DNA from: Cycas panzhihuaensis
Taxonomy: Eukaryota; Plantae; Cycadophyta
Direction: 5' to 3'
Length of the DNA: 64,000 bases
NCBI GenBank assembly: GCA_023213395.1
Contig: CM041465.1
Coordinates: 200,763,741 to 200,827,740 of the forward strand
In this document: positions 24,901 through 39,554 of the stretch, in pieces
Position numbering within the stretch: position 1 is the first letter of the stretch
Layout: each line of letters opens with the position of its first letter
Translations under genes and position numbers: made by a program
Notes under the pieces: generated by a model
Databases searched by the model: none
What the model was told of the DNA's origin: nothing
What the model saw: the letters and a program-made list of their open reading frames with translations, nothing else

Positions 24901-27900
24901 ATTCTAAGATATGTAGGAGATATCAAGAGGTTTAAAATGGTGGCCAGTAGTATAAAAGTATCTAAGGACCTTGATGCACTTAAAATAGATCAACTAAGTG
25001 CTATACTTCTAGAAATTGAAGAAAATAAAGAGGGAAGTAAATCTCTTAAGCATGCCTTTGCCACAGAGGTAAGAATTAGGCCCAATTACGAAGGACAAAA
25101 TTTTAGGGAGACAAGACAATCCCCTAGAAGTAGAGGCCAACTAAGAAACTAGTTTCATAGATAAAGTTATGGTTTCCAAGGTTATCATTAAGGTTATTAA
25201 ATACAAGGATAAAACAACTATTAAGGACAAGGCCTAAATCAAGGTTATCAAGGGCTAAATCAGTACCAAGGTTAAAGGTACTATCAAGGCCAAGGTTAAG
25301 GCCAAAATTTTAGACCTCAATGAAGAGGAAGAGGTCAAAGTCCTAGGGGGAGAAATCAAAGTCAAAGAGGTAGGAATCCAAGAGGTAGAGGAACTATTCA
25401 ATATTCCTACTATCATAAGATTGGTTACTTGGAAGAAAATTATTTTGCTAAAAGGTCAAGTTCATAAAAGGGGGCAACTAATATAACTGTAGAAGAAAGA
25501 CATGATGATAGATTATTTCTTTTAAGTCTAATGGTCAATGAAGAAGAGGATAGCTAGTATATTAATTTAAGATGTTCCACATATATGACACATAAAGAAG
25601 AGTGGTTTAAGGAGTTATATTTAGAGATAACACCACTTAAGTAGTAATTGAAAAAAGAAACGTCTCCATAATAATTAATTTTAGAGAAACTAAAAGTATA
25701 AATGATGTCATACATATTCCAACTCTTAAAAGAACTTACTTTTAGTGGCTTAGATGATGGAGTAGTAATATAAAGTGGTCTTTGATAATAGAGAATGCAC
25801 TATCAAGGATAAATTAAAGAATAAGGCAATTGTAGCCAAATTCTAAATGACTAGTGATAGGTTATTTAAACTAGGCATACTACCAATAAATTATTATACC
25901 TTAAAGGCATCAACAAATATGAGTAAAACATGGCACAAAAGACTTGGCCATATAAATTATAATAGTTTGGCCTTAATGAAAATAATTAATATAATAATTA
26001 GACTTCTTATTATAGAACTAAGCAAGAAAATTTATGAAGGTTACATACTTGGAAAGTAGCAAAGGGAAGGATTTCCTAATGAAAGTTATAAGGATAATGG
26101 GCCTCTTTAATTGATATATACAGACTTATATGGTCCAATGGATGTGCCCTCACTTAGAGGAGCTAAGTAATTTATAACTTTTATTGATGACTTTACAAGG
26201 ATGACATGGGTCTACTTCATCAAATTCAAATCAAATGCTCTACAATGCTTTATAGACTTTAAAACTTTTATAGAAAGGCAAAGTAGATTTAGAATTCTAA
26301 CCCTAAGATTAGACAATTAGGGATAATTCATCTCAAATGAGTTCAAAGCTTATTACAATTATTGTGGCATAAGAAAATAACTCACTAATCCTTATACCCC
26401 ATAGAAAAATGGGGTTGATAAAAGGGAAAAAAAAAATTATAGAAATGGCAAGAAGTATGCTTAATAATAAGCATCTAAGAAGTGAATATTGGGCAAAAGT
26501 TATACACATAGTAGTTTATATAATGAATAAGTATACTACCAAGGCAGTTAGGTGGGTTACATTAAAAGAAGTTTAGATAGGATATAACCTAAGTATAAAA
26601 CACTTAAAGAATTTTTAGATGCATAGCTCATAAACATATACCAGAACAAAGAAGAACTAACTTAGATAATAATAGCATCAAGTATATTTTTATAGGATAT
26701 AGTGACTCATCTAGATCCTATAAACTATATGATCCAAAAAGTAAAAAGTTAATTATGAGTAGGTATATCATCTTAAATTCATCTTCTTTAAAGATGATAT
26801 ACCTACTTGTTGACAAGGATAAAGAGAAAAGTATCATGGTTGAAATGGAATCAAACTCTAAGGGTACAAATATACCTAATCCAAATGAAGTAAGACCCTC
26901 TACATCAAATTAATAGGCCCTTAAGTAGGTACAAAGGCTACATGACCCTTCAAATATTTTAAACACCAACTTTGATAGAAGAACCACTAGGTCTCAAAGG
27001 GTGAATTTTGTATTAATGAATCAAGTTATAGAGTATAATGAGTCTCACAACTTTAAAAAGGATAACACACAAGATGAATGGAAGGAATCTACGAAGGATG
27101 AATACAATGCCTTAGTAGAAAATGATACATGGGAATTAGTGGATCTACCACCAAATAAAAATGCAATTAGAATGAAATAGGTCTATAATACTAAGCATAA
27201 GTTATATGGAACAATTGAAAAATACAAGGAAAGGTTAGTTGTTAAAGGTTATGCTCAAATTAAATGCATAAATAACAATGAAACTTTCACACTAATTATA
27301 AGACTAGAGATAGTTAGATTGATAATGGATTTAGTTACACAATAAGGTTGGACAATTCACCAAATAGATGTTCAAAGTGCTTTCTTAAATAGTTATGTGG
27401 AAGAAGAAATATATGTCTAATAAATAAAAGGTTTTAAAATTAAGGGTAAAGAAAACAAGGTCTATAGACTTAAAAAGTCCTTATATGGGCTTACACAAGC
27501 ACCTAGAGCATGGTACTCTAAGATCAACAAACACTTTAAGGATAAAGGGTTCTAAAAGAGTCAATCTAATCCAAACTTATACATCAAGATAGAAGAAAGC
27601 TCCATATTTATTGTGGGCTTGCATGTTGACGACCTAGTATACACTGGGAATGATGTTTATTTGTCCCAAATATTAAAAAAGAATATGTGTAAAGAGTTTG
27701 AGATGGTAGATTTGGGACTAATATATTACTTATTAAGCATAAAAGTTTGACAATATGAAAATAAGATATTTATTTCCCAAATGAAATACATATTGGAATT
27801 ATTATACAAGTTCAACATGGGTAATTATAAGCCACTTACAACTCTAGAAGAAGTTGGGATAAAGTTATCAAAACTTGAGGAATTAGAATTAGTTGATCCT

Positions 27901-28872
27901 ACACTCTATAAGCAATTAATTGGGAAGTTTAATTTACTTAATTTTAACTTGACAAGATATTATGTATGTAGTTAGTGTAGTTTCTAGATTTATTCATGAG
28001 CCTAAGATAAAATATTAGCAAGTAGTAAAGAGAATTCTTAGGTATCTAAAGGGTTAGTTGGATATACAGATTTAGACTGGGTAGGTTGCATAGATAATAG
28101 GAAATCTACCTCTGGATGTACATTTAGTTTGGGTTTAGCTATAATTGCAAGAAGTTATAAGAAATGGGTCATAATATCCATATCTATTATAGAAGTAAAG
28201 TACAAAGCAATTATAGCACGAGCATATAAAATAGGCTAGCTTAGAGGGTTATCTAAGATTTATAGGAAGAATAGGTTAGTCCCACTTAGATGTTTTGTTA
28301 TAATCAAAGCATAATTCAGATGACTCAAAATCTAATGTTTTATAGTAAGACAAAATACATTGAAACACAACAACACTTCATCAGAGAGTTGGTATAACAA
28401 GGCAAACTAGAATTAGTCTACTATAACATAAAAAAATAGGTGGCTGATATATTCACTAAGTTACTTAGTAAGATAAAATTTATAAAATTTAGAGATAAAC
28501 TTGGAGTCTCCCCAAATAGGCATTATGGAGGAGAAATATTGAAATAATTCCCATTGAGGCTTATCTCCGCCTAGGGTTTGTTACCCATATTGGAGAGATA
28601 ATGAAGATATTGGCAAAGCTATTATTTTGGCTCTATGTTAGACCTTAGCTGCACATAGTCACATCTTATCAGATCTTGGCATCATCCATTCCAACATTTA
28701 TCAATGACAGTTGGTAATGGATGTTGAGTGGTGTGCCATATCTCACTCACATCTTACCTATTTATCTATGGGGTCTAATAACCCTAGTTTTCATTAACAC
28801 TACCATTATATCAAATTGTTAATTTTCTCTCTCATGCATTTTCCATGCTCCGTGTGTCCCTTGATTTCGTCA
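22000..28872 (+). mobile_element. Ty1/copia element C, full length, degenerate; LTRs 22000-22325 and 28537-28872
   Basis: LTR pair sharing TTGTTACCCATATTGGAGAGATAA, decayed PBS TGGTATTAAAA, PPT ATGGAGGAGAAA, and degenerate TSD GGTAT/AGCAT. Confidence 0.92.
24439..28530 (+). pseudogene. gag-pol: copia gag-pol, heavily disrupted
   Basis: WHKRLGHIN, ITFIDDFTRMTWVYF, LVENDTWELVDLP, MDVQSAFLN, LYGLTQAPRAW, TKYIETQQHFIRELV. Confidence 0.92.
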
Positions 28873-29625
28873 AGCATCAAAGCTCGATGGTGTGATATTA
28901 TGGAGCCTGTATATTATCAAAGTGTCCTTCATATGTTTATAGTTCATTATAGTCAAATTTAGAAAATTATTAGGGATTTGTATTAAGTTTTAAAAATTTA
29001 AATATAGAAAGAACTAAGAACTAATTGGGATATGCCAGTTTGATTGAAACATGGTAAAATCAAGTGTATGATTGATAAGATAATGGTGAGATTTATTATT
29101 GCATTTTTTATGGACATTTTATTATATATGTGGTACCTATGAATTGCATATAAATATTTTAATATTGACTCTACATAGTGTGAAAGAGGTTATTGCTGCT
29201 TAAGCTCACTTATGTAAGATTGATCACCCTACATATAAGAATAAGAGTAATTACAGATAACATAATTAACTACAAAAGAGAGTATCTATTTTGGTTCATT
29301 TATAAGGGTCATTGTGAGTGTCCTACTGGAGATTCATTGCCATGGAGAACCATCTTCTTAGGCTTTTTATTATTTTTTCTTCACCAGTATTTATGATGAG
29401 TTGGGAAAATTAAAAAAGGACAATTATATAACAAGTTAATGTAATAGAGAAGGGCATGGATGAACCATTGAAAATTTTAGATTTTTATATATGGATGGTT
29501 TTAAAATATTTGTTTTAAATGTGTTTCTATGATATTTGAAGTTATTTAGTGTAGGGGTGGCTATGCATTAAAATATTGGGTCAAATTGTGGTTGTGATGA
29601 AAGAGGAATGTTGAAAATTAATGCA

Positions 29626-29628
<3 letters not shown>

Positions 29629-29660
<32 letters not shown>
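29629..29660. repeat. (GA)n microsatellite
   Basis: About 16 GA units. Confidence 0.95.
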
Positions 29661-29663
<3 letters not shown>

Positions 29664-32600
29664 TCAAAAAACCAACAATATTTAACACTTTTTAAGTGAT
29701 TATTTATTGGATAGCTCTTTGATTCTTATTTATTTTTGGGTTATGAGGATGTAAAAATATTCTTGAGTTAGGGGATAACATGTTTGTTATGGTTTGCTAC
29801 TTCAAATTTGATAAAACAACTCGTTGAGATTTCATGCAACATGCATTTTCCCTCTCCATTGAAGATGAGAACTTTTTTAGTGTTTATAGTCATTTTTCTT
29901 GATGATTAAGGGTTCTATTGACTAAATATTAACTTTTGGAAGTAGATATATTGTTTAGTAGCACATATATAGAAATGTTCAAGCTTCAAATCCACCCATA
30001 GAAGCCTACATAGTCAATGCATAAATTGGAAACCTAAATGGTATGTTGGACAACTTTGAATTGATGTATACCTTTATTTTCTATATTTTTTCCATAATTT
30101 GGGGCTATATAAAGATTTATAAGGCATTATTATGATGTAGGTAGTTCTTATATATTAATTATTTGCTTCAGTTTTGTTAAAACAAAACAAGAAAATTATG
30201 CAACTCCATTAACATTTTTGGGTGACTTCATGGTGGTAAAACCTTTGTTTTCTATATTTTCTTCAAGTTATATGGTTGGAATTCCATTGTAGAGGCTTTA
30301 TAATATAGTAGGAAGTTTAGATTTGTGATCTAATACTTCGGATTTGGCTTAAAATAAAAGAGATATGCCATTGAACCTCTATGGTAAATGTATAAACCAC
30401 ATGACTTAATTTTTTAAGAATAAAGTTAAGATGTAATTTAATTATATTGTAATGCCACTTCAGGTATACCTGGCCCCTAATCACCTTTTTTTTATAGTCA
30501 TATGGTGTTTTCTCATGACTAAGTGCAAAAAAATTAAAGTGCTAAAGTGATTTTCTAGCCAAGTTTCATTATTTTATGATAGACAACTACTTTTTTTGGT
30601 ATATGGTGGCATACTTTTAATCTATCTAAACTATTAGAAAGAGGGTTTAGATGTATATGAGTTGACTAGTTGTAAGGTATGATTTAGTGATGCTTTGATA
30701 GATATTTTAATGGTTGAAATTGGTGCATTAAAATCTAATATACTTATAGGGTATTTTTTTGGTAATTTGAAGCATGATTTGGCTTTCTCTTGATAATTTA
30801 TAAGTTCTTGAGTATGCAATAATGCTTATGGATGTTTAATGACAAATGCCTTTAGTTTATTTATTAATAAAAAAGGAAGAGAGAGAAATTATTAACCCTA
30901 TACATGTTGAACTCTTTAAATAGGAAAAAGGGAAAAAAATTGCCCTCTTCACTAAAAGAGAGAAATGATATTTTATTGGCTTAGGATTATTTTATTTACT
31001 AAAAAGTCATTTGATGACTCTAATATGGTGAGAACCCATTATTTTGAAGAGAGGGAGAAAGAGATGGAGCTAAAATGCACTAGTCTTGTCACTTATTTTA
31101 TGCTAATTAAATATTGAAGCTACTAAAATATGTTTATGATTGAGTAAGGGTCAAGATTTGATATTGTGATAGAATAAGGGTCAAGATTTGATATTATGAT
31201 CAAAGCCAACCATTGAATTGATATTTGGACCAGCCACTATACTAAAATATAGTGTTAATCATTGGTGAATTATGTACTAGAAAAACTTCTTAAAAAACTA
31301 ATAGAGGCAATGGTTGGTCACCCATGTTGTTCGACAAATGGTCATCACTTTATATAGACATTAGCATTTAGATGCAAATTTAAGAAGGATCATAAATCAC
31401 TAGATATGAGGAAAGATTCTTGGTTTAGGAAATATCAATTTGTTGTATTATATGAGAAAAAAATGTTTATGTGGCATTGTATTTTATGTATAATTAAACT
31501 TTTTTTTAAGGTGGGGGTGTTAGGTATAATATTTAATTATTAGTGAAAAACCCCTTGCATAATCTTTCTCTTTTATAACTATGAATATGTGAACCTATGG
31601 AGAGCTATGCCAAGCTTACATCTTCACATTCACTCTCATAGGTCTCAAGGAAGGTTCTCAAATGTAATTGGACATTCATGAGGTGTACGTATCTACAAGT
31701 ATGAACTCTCTCATAATATAATATTTAGAGATGATCATTTTCCACAAGTTTTATTATCTTATATGTTGATGGTTACTTTATTTTAAGTATCTTTATTATT
31801 ATATCTTAAATACCATGTTTATGTGTGTATGCTTCATTATAGATTTTTTCTAACACAAATGGTAGAGTTATGCAACTTTCTTCCATGGTGACAAGGTTAG
31901 CCTATATTCTTTGTCTTGCCTATTATTTATTATTATTTAATGATTATTTGTATTATATTTTATTCTACAGTAATGCCATTGAGATGTTATATTTTCCTCT
32001 CTAAGAATATAGAACACATCAAAAGAATCACTAAGTAGTTATATATATCTTCTTTGTTTTTCATTTACATAAAGTTAGACAAAGATGTATTATAGACCTC
32101 TATGATCCATTCTAAATTCAATATATTTAACTTACAAGTATTATATCCATTATTTAAAAGAATAAATAATTAAGACTAATTCTAGATCATGCATGTGGTG
32201 GTTCCTTTCATTTTTCTTTACTTATATACTCTTATGTTGTACTATCATATAATCTCAACTTTGTGTACAACTAAACCCTTCTCCACTTGCATTCATAAAC
32301 ATAGGGGGGAATAAAATATATGTTTTTATAAGGAGGTGTTTCAACTTATTAAAATTATTTTTATATAATTGAGGTCATTTAAAATTTTATCCTTTCTTTT
32401 AAAAAATGAATAGTGGATTTTTAATTTGAGAAAAAAAAACTCCATATTTTTTTGTAGTGAGCTACTAGTTTTAATGATACTCTTTCTTTTACTATTAAAG
32501 GTGGAGTGGGCCACTATTTTATGATCTTAATCTTCTTGAGATTAGTTATCACCACCTTTTTCAAAATGATGTTCCTTAAATAGTGCATTTATGCTTACCC

Positions 32601-33799
32601 AAGCACATGCTAAGTTTGTAATGCGTTTGGTTTTCTAGGAATTCTTACATTATTTATAATAGTCCTAAATAGGTCTAATTGAACTTGAATAAGGATTATT
32701 AAGAAATTAATATATTGATTATAGTTAGATAAATAATTAGAGAAAATGAGTAATTAATTAATAATCTTAAAGATCATTGTGATTGGTCAATAAGATATGA
32801 TATTTAATTATATATGTATAAAATATTATTCAATCATATGGTAAAAATATCATTAGAATTAATACTTTTAGTCTTTACCCTTGTTTATTAACCTTTGGGC
32901 CATTACATTGGTATTGTTTCCAACAATTTTTAGGGTTATCTAATTAGGTATCCTATGTTCTTAATGGTATACTCTATTATGGAAATGAATCAGTATGTCA
33001 TTTAGGAAGACCAATACAAAATTATCTAAGTAGGATCTAGAGATATTATACATCAAATACATGAAAGTTACAAATGCATTAGATAACCCAAATAATATTG
33101 TTGTAAATTTATAATTTTAAATGCCATTTTATGTGAATCATTTAATTTCATACAAATCAAATGATACCCTTTTGAGATAACTTCATGTCTAATCCATTGA
33201 GTTATCAATGTGTTATTTAGATCAAGGAAATAAAATATAAGTGACATGCAAACTAACTAAATCTAACCAAAAGAGATATTAAGAAATCTAACTTCAAAGT
33301 ATATAATAATATATAAAAAAAAATTAGTTATAGAGTTCCTTCATTTATTGCATATATCATTATATATATCAAATAAACAAACTACCAAAACATAAGAATA
33401 AAGATCCCATAATGATATATCAAAGAAAATTATTTCCCTGATTTTGGGTTTCTTACCCTCAATCTAGGAATTCCAAGTGTATTCACCGAGTCTCACATAT
33501 TAAATATGCATATGATATTTACCATTATCTTGATGTTGCATTTGATCACATGCATTTTCTTGTCATTTTTCTTCCATATGTATTTGATGGAGCATTTTCT
33601 TGTTTGTGTGTACATATCGTATCTCCCTTTTGTTAGTGATGATATGGGATATATCCCCAATAATAGATTATGTTATAGAGGTATAACTATATAGGTTGAG
33701 TTAATATACTTAACAATCATTGCCATGCATTTCTTACATTGCTTTTTTTTCTTATTTGTTTTATCTCATATACTTTATTTTGTTTTACATACTTTTCTT

Positions 33800-34580
33800 T
33801 CTTTCACTCCCTAGTTCCTCATTTGAGTGACCTTTTCTAATTGGCATGAGTTAGTACTTCCCTGTGTTGGTTTATATGGGTTAAACATAAGTTAAGTTTC
33901 CCTATACGTTAACTATCTTATAAGTTAGATATAAGACAATGACATTTTGAGTAATTCATTTTGGTCAACCTAAATCTTTGTTATTATTTCTCACCTTACA
34001 TTATGTTTCTTTTATTTTTTTAGCATTGTATTTGAATGTGATTGATTGTTTCACCCGGTCTATTATTTATATCTCTTTGAGTAGAAGTGACTTAAGTTCT
34101 TAAGGTTAAAAATAGATACCATATAAGGGAGTTATACTCCTTTTATGTTTCCACTTTCTCTCATTGGTCAACCTCATGATGCCTTGAGGATAAGTTCACA
34201 ATTATCCCTAAAAAGCTATGCAATTAATGTAATTGGTTCATTTAGGGGACCACTTCACTATAAATACCCCTCATACCTTCTCTTTTGAGACATATAGAAA
34301 GAGCCATTACAGAGATATCATGCTATTATAAGATGCCACACTTGTATGATGAGGAGATACTCTGTGATTTTTACTAATGATCATTTAAGACATTTTCATT
34401 CTCTACATATTAATACTCAAGGTATTTTTATTAATTTGAGGGCTTGATATTGTCTCGGTGAGACTTTTCATTTGATTATTTCTTTTATTTTTTTATTTCA
34501 TCTTCTTGTTTGACTTATTTTATCATAAGAAAGATTTATATGGTGTTTGTTTTAATTAATTACACCCTCTTCTAACATTG
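33800..34580 (+). repeat. Possible LTR remnant
   Basis: TATA-like CTATAAATACCCC near 34258 and an LTR-like end CACCCTCTTCTAACA near 34577; no partner LTR found. Confidence 0.3.
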
Positions 34581-35155
34581 ACCAAGCCTCGTACCTTTTT
34601 TGTTTATTATTAGGGATTGACTATTTGATTGCATGGTAATTTAATGACTTCTTAACATGATGGCTCAAAGAATTCATACCAATTATGCATGTGCTTGACT
34701 AATATTACTAATGATACAAAGATCATTAAAGTATCCATAAAAAGTAGCTTATTCTAGCGTCTTTCAAAGCTACAACTCACTTTTATTTTTCATCCTCTTT
34801 CAACTTGATTTTAACCCAATGAATTTTGTCTCATATATTTGTTTCATCTTATGAATTCAAGTATCCCTCTATTGATTCAACATGTTGATCTATGATGAGA
34901 TTTTCTTTGACTCTTTTTTACCTTATTTGATGAAAACTTTATTTTTTCAAGGCTTCCTTGTTGGTTGCACATTTTATAATAGGTCACATTTTTAGTATTA
35001 CTTAAAAATACAACTTGTCTCATAAGATACAACCTTTGTATAACTAAAATTGTGATCTCCTCTTGGTTGTATTTTTAGTGTATCTTTTATAGAAAATTTC
35101 CTTGTAGCTTGCATTTTTCAATGTTGGTCATGGTTTCCATCTTCTTGCATAATAT

Positions 35156-35212
35156 CTATATATACATACATACATACATATACATATACATATACATACA
35201 TATATATATATA
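35156..35212. repeat. (TA)/(TACA) compound microsatellite
   Basis: Direct reading of the sequence. Confidence 0.95.
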
Positions 35213-37799
35213 ATGATAAGGCATTTTTCCCCATCATATGAACATTGGATTACATGAAACCATGGTTACGCCTGCCCACTATTTTTAGCCTTCTCTACCT
35301 ACGTTCTTCTCCACAAAAACTCGTAATTTTTTTTTTTTAAATGGGAGATCATTTGAAGTAATAGAGTATTACTAGAATTGTAATTCATACTTGTGGCCAT
35401 TATTTCGACTTTGTGGAGACTTATCTAATGCTAAGTTTGAAGCCATTTATTGGACTAATTAGAGACTTGAATTTGATTCTATTTCTCTTTTCCTCTTTTA
35501 GTTTCCTTTCTCTCATACATCCCTCCTCATTTTTCGAGTATCATCTTCTACTCATTTTCCTTCCTCTTGTTTCTTATTCCTTTTGCCTTTTGCAACTAAT
35601 TTAGAGCCCTAATTTGGAGAATTTGGACAAGTAAACCACTAATATAAGATATAACTTCTTATTCTCATCAAGTGTTTGGTGAATTAGTGTGTTTCATTTG
35701 AAATTTCTTTTAAAGTTTATTATTTGTTCTTTGTGAAAAGGTGACTAGGTTAGGATTTCAGTTATTTTTCATCATAGATTAGATTTCTTGTATCATTCTC
35801 TTTACTTGTTTAGAGTTTTCCATTGCTTGTAATCTTGATTTTATAGTGGTAAACTCGTAAATTCATAAGTTCCTAGTCATAACCTAGTGATAGCTCCATA
35901 CACCTAATCTTTGTGCTTAGGAGCCCATTAGGGAGGTGAGTGGCTTAGCTTAGGAGTATAAGTTTTGGTGGCTTGAATCCTCCTTCTATAGGGCTCTAGG
36001 CATCCTTTGGCCCATCTCTTTTATCTATCACAACCCTTTAGGTACAACTAAAATGTTGTTGGGGTTTTAAGAATATTATTGGTTGTAAAAAAAGAGTTTT
36101 TAGTATACTCCTTCCTTTGCATAGCCTCTAATATTTGTTATAGCTATCACAATCATCTAACTCATATTGGAGCCTTGTTTGTAAGAGGAAAGAAGACATC
36201 ATTCAAAGATTCTTCCAACTAATAATTATAAAGTCAATCACTTTTTATTTATTACTTTTCTTTTATTTTCCTATTTTTATTTATGAAAGAAATCTTCAAA
36301 AAGGAGAAAAAAAAAAAGGAAATAGAAAATATGAAGATTATCTTTTAAAGGGACCTTTGTGCTTGTTGAATTATTTGATTGAGTGATTTACTTGAATGAA
36401 TTATGTTCTTTTCTTCTTTTGAAAATAAAAGGAGAAAGGGTGACTAGGATATTTAAAGAACTATTTCTTTTCTCATTCCTTATAGGTGTGTTGAATATCA
36501 TTTTCTTTTCTCTTTTTATTTAGATGATAATAATAATAATAACAAAAGAAAAAGAAAATGCATGCTTCAATAATTTTCATTGGTTAGGATTATATTAGGA
36601 TAGGGTAATTCTTTTGGGTAGTTGTTTGAATTGAATTATGATTTACCTCTTTGTATATAAAAATAAAACAAAATTTTGGTTTTGTATTTATGGTTACTTA
36701 TTATTTGCTTATTAGTTAGCATCCCTAGGCTTTGCCCCATCCCTCTATTTAGGGCTTGATTGATTAAGCAAGAATTGATATCCCTAACATATCAAACTTA
36801 TCCTCTCCTAGGGATAAATACCTCTCAATGTAAAGGGTCATTTGATTAACTAGAACATGACATCCCCAGTATATAAACTTTCTTTTCCTTGGGATTGATT
36901 TCTTCTTATCATGTTCCTAAAATCAAAAGTGTTGACTTGCCATCATACTTTAGGTTTAGAGTGGTATTTCTTCTTTATCTTCCTTCACCTTTAAGTGTAA
37001 AAAACCCTTAAAATTAGATGTAAACATCCTTGGGTTGTCCATCCTCATAGGTAGATCATCATCAAGTGTGAGAGTCCCTAACAACTGACCTCCAATAAGG
37101 TTATTAATCTAAGGTTTGAGATCTCTTGGGTCCTTGAACTTGTTAGTCCTCCCACATTTTAGATTAGTTTGGCATAGACTTTTGATGCTTTGGGTGTTCT
37201 AGTGACCCAGGTTTAGGACTTTTCCTTCTAAAAAGTCATTTGGAAGGGTAGGTAAATAGGAAGCTCTAGGTTATTTACTTAGGGTAAGTTTTTCCTATCA
37301 ATCCTCCTACTTATTTAGAGACCATTTGATATTTTCTTTAACAAAAGGGAACCTTGTTTATTTGGATTAGATTGGTTGATTATTTTTCTTTAGCTTAGGC
37401 ATGTTATCACTTGGATTTCTTTGATTTATTATGTAAATATAGAAACTAGTAAATAACAACCTTTGAAAACATGTACTTACCTATCCAACACACACACCAA
37501 TGGAATCATCCCTTCTTATTAAAAGAAGGGTTGAGGGTTACCCTTAAGTTATATCACCTAGGAACTTATTCACTTACTTTCATTCTGAGTGATTTATCTA
37601 GAGTCTTTTTAGGTGACTTGACTTGAGTTCTTGGAACCATTTTGACAACCATACTAAAAAGTTATTAAAACTTTTAGGTTACTCTTTGGCTTTACTAATG
37701 TATAGAGTCATTCATTGGATATCCTTTTCCCTCATTGACCACACTCCTCCTTTCACTTTAAGGGAACCTTTTTTTCTTTTCTATTTCTCTCTTTCTTTG

Positions 37800-39554
37800 A
37801 TTTACACTTCTATGTTCCACTCACACTCCACATAGATTCTTTTTACACCTATCCTAGGTGATCTAGAAGACTCCTTGGCCTTTCACCTAAAGGCCCATCC
37901 TCATCTTCTCTTCCTTCTAACCTTCCACTATGCAAATGTTATGAGACCTTAATCACCAATCCTAATGCCTTAGTTAGGACTTTAAATATCAACAATCCTT
38001 TTAAGTATGAGAAAGAGCCACTTCTATATAAGATTCTTATAAGAGAGACTCTCCATCACTTTCAAAATGCATCTTTTAAAGAGGTTACCATGCCTACCCA
38101 AGCCCATTATGTGGTTCATAAGGAACCTACCTCTCATAATGAGGGACATGAAGCATCCATGACATAGCCCTCACCTATGACAACATATCCCTTTGAGCAA
38201 GATTTAGACCCTATCTCCCCAACCTATGTTGGCTCATATATCACTATCCAAGAGTGGGGAGACCATATGCTCACACCCCAACCCTCTTCATTAGCTATTG
38301 ACCCTAGCAATCATCCTCAAATCCCTCATGTTCCACCTTCTATGGCTTGGCAATTAACTCCTCTTTTAAAGGCATTTTAAATGGGTCCTCAAGGGAGACT
38401 TGTTCTCCCCATTTAAGGCACTTCATCTATCCCTTTACTTTCACATAAGCTTGGATTGCCTCCACCACCTAGAGTTTCTCCTTCTCCCATGAGAGAGAGT
38501 CATCCCTCATAAGATAACCCTTTCATTTAGGCTATCCAAAGACCTAAACACATGACCCACTTACCTAACTTTCTTCTCCTCAACCATCCTCAATTGCCCA
38601 TCCCCCATAACCATCGTACACATTAAGAATTGGTCAAAAAACCTTATAACCACATGTTTTATACCCTTAGTAATCACCCATGACTACTTATGGCTCACCT
38701 CTAATAACTAACCAGTAAGGTCACTCTAGCCAACTTGTTAGCTATGGGCCATATCCTCCCCATATGTCCCATCACCCAAGATGCTTCTTATCTTAAGGGG
38801 CACCTATGTCTCACATTCCCACCATACTTCATTCTGGACTTATGAGAACTCATCCTTGCCCCTCTTATCCTACATAACCCACTTATACAAAGGTAATAAG
38901 ACATCAAGACCATACCTAAATGGCACCTCAACCATCCTCATCACTAAGGGCCAAGAGGTCATATTTAGACTATAAAAGGAGTCCCTTTTGTAAGAGATCC
39001 TTCTCTTTTCACTCCCTCCTTTTATTCTTGAGCTACCTAAATTCACAAGCGAATCAATTTGAGATGAAATGACCCATGTTCAGGCCTCCATACTTGTATG
39101 TATTGACTATCTACCATATGATTATGTGATGATGTAACTCTTTCCTCTTTCCTAAAACCCTTCAAGGTGATGTTTTGAAGTGGTATAAATGGTTAAAACC
39201 CACATCTATCTACTTCTTTTAATAGTTAGTAGATACCTTATTAGTTACTTTAATGTTACTCACCCTTTTTATAGAAGGATTAAATCCTTGTTATCCATTA
39301 AACAAGAAATAAATGAGTCTTCACATGACTTTGTTCATCGTTTCTAAGACCTAGTTCATGCCTCTTAAGCCCCCTTAGATAATAACTTACTTTGTGACTT
39401 ATTCACGAGTGCCTTAGGACCTCAAGTTCAATATGAGGTCCTCAAGTTAATGCTTATATCATATGAGGATACAATTAAGAAGTGCCTTGATTTTAAGGCC
39501 TTTGAAATTTAACTAGGAGTGAAGAAGCTTACCAAACCCCCTACCTCTAAAGAC
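37800..39554 (+). pseudogene. gag: Tat gag, N-terminal part (P/H/Y/Q-rich region plus Retrotrans_gag core)
   Basis: LELPKFTS..THVQA..LFPL..LQGDVLKWYKWLKPTSI..LLSIKQEINESSHDFVHRF. Start coordinate is approximate. Confidence 0.75.

Larger units (their letters stand above)
21976..31855 (+). mobile_element. Non-autonomous LTR element: 5' LTR stump, PBS split by copia C, about 2.6 kb apparently non-coding interior, PPT, 3' LTR 31518-31855
   Basis: ATGGATTTTTTTCTAACA (21976-21993) matches ATAGATTTTTTCTAACA ending 31855. The rejoined PBS reads TGGTAT|CAAAGC. PPT AAGGTGGGGG precedes TGTTAG...CTAACA. Confidence 0.75.

Noticed and set aside
29950-30700. Possible host gene exons
   Set aside because: Contains stops, has no recognisable protein and lies inside an LTR element; kept only as a weak capture hypothesis.
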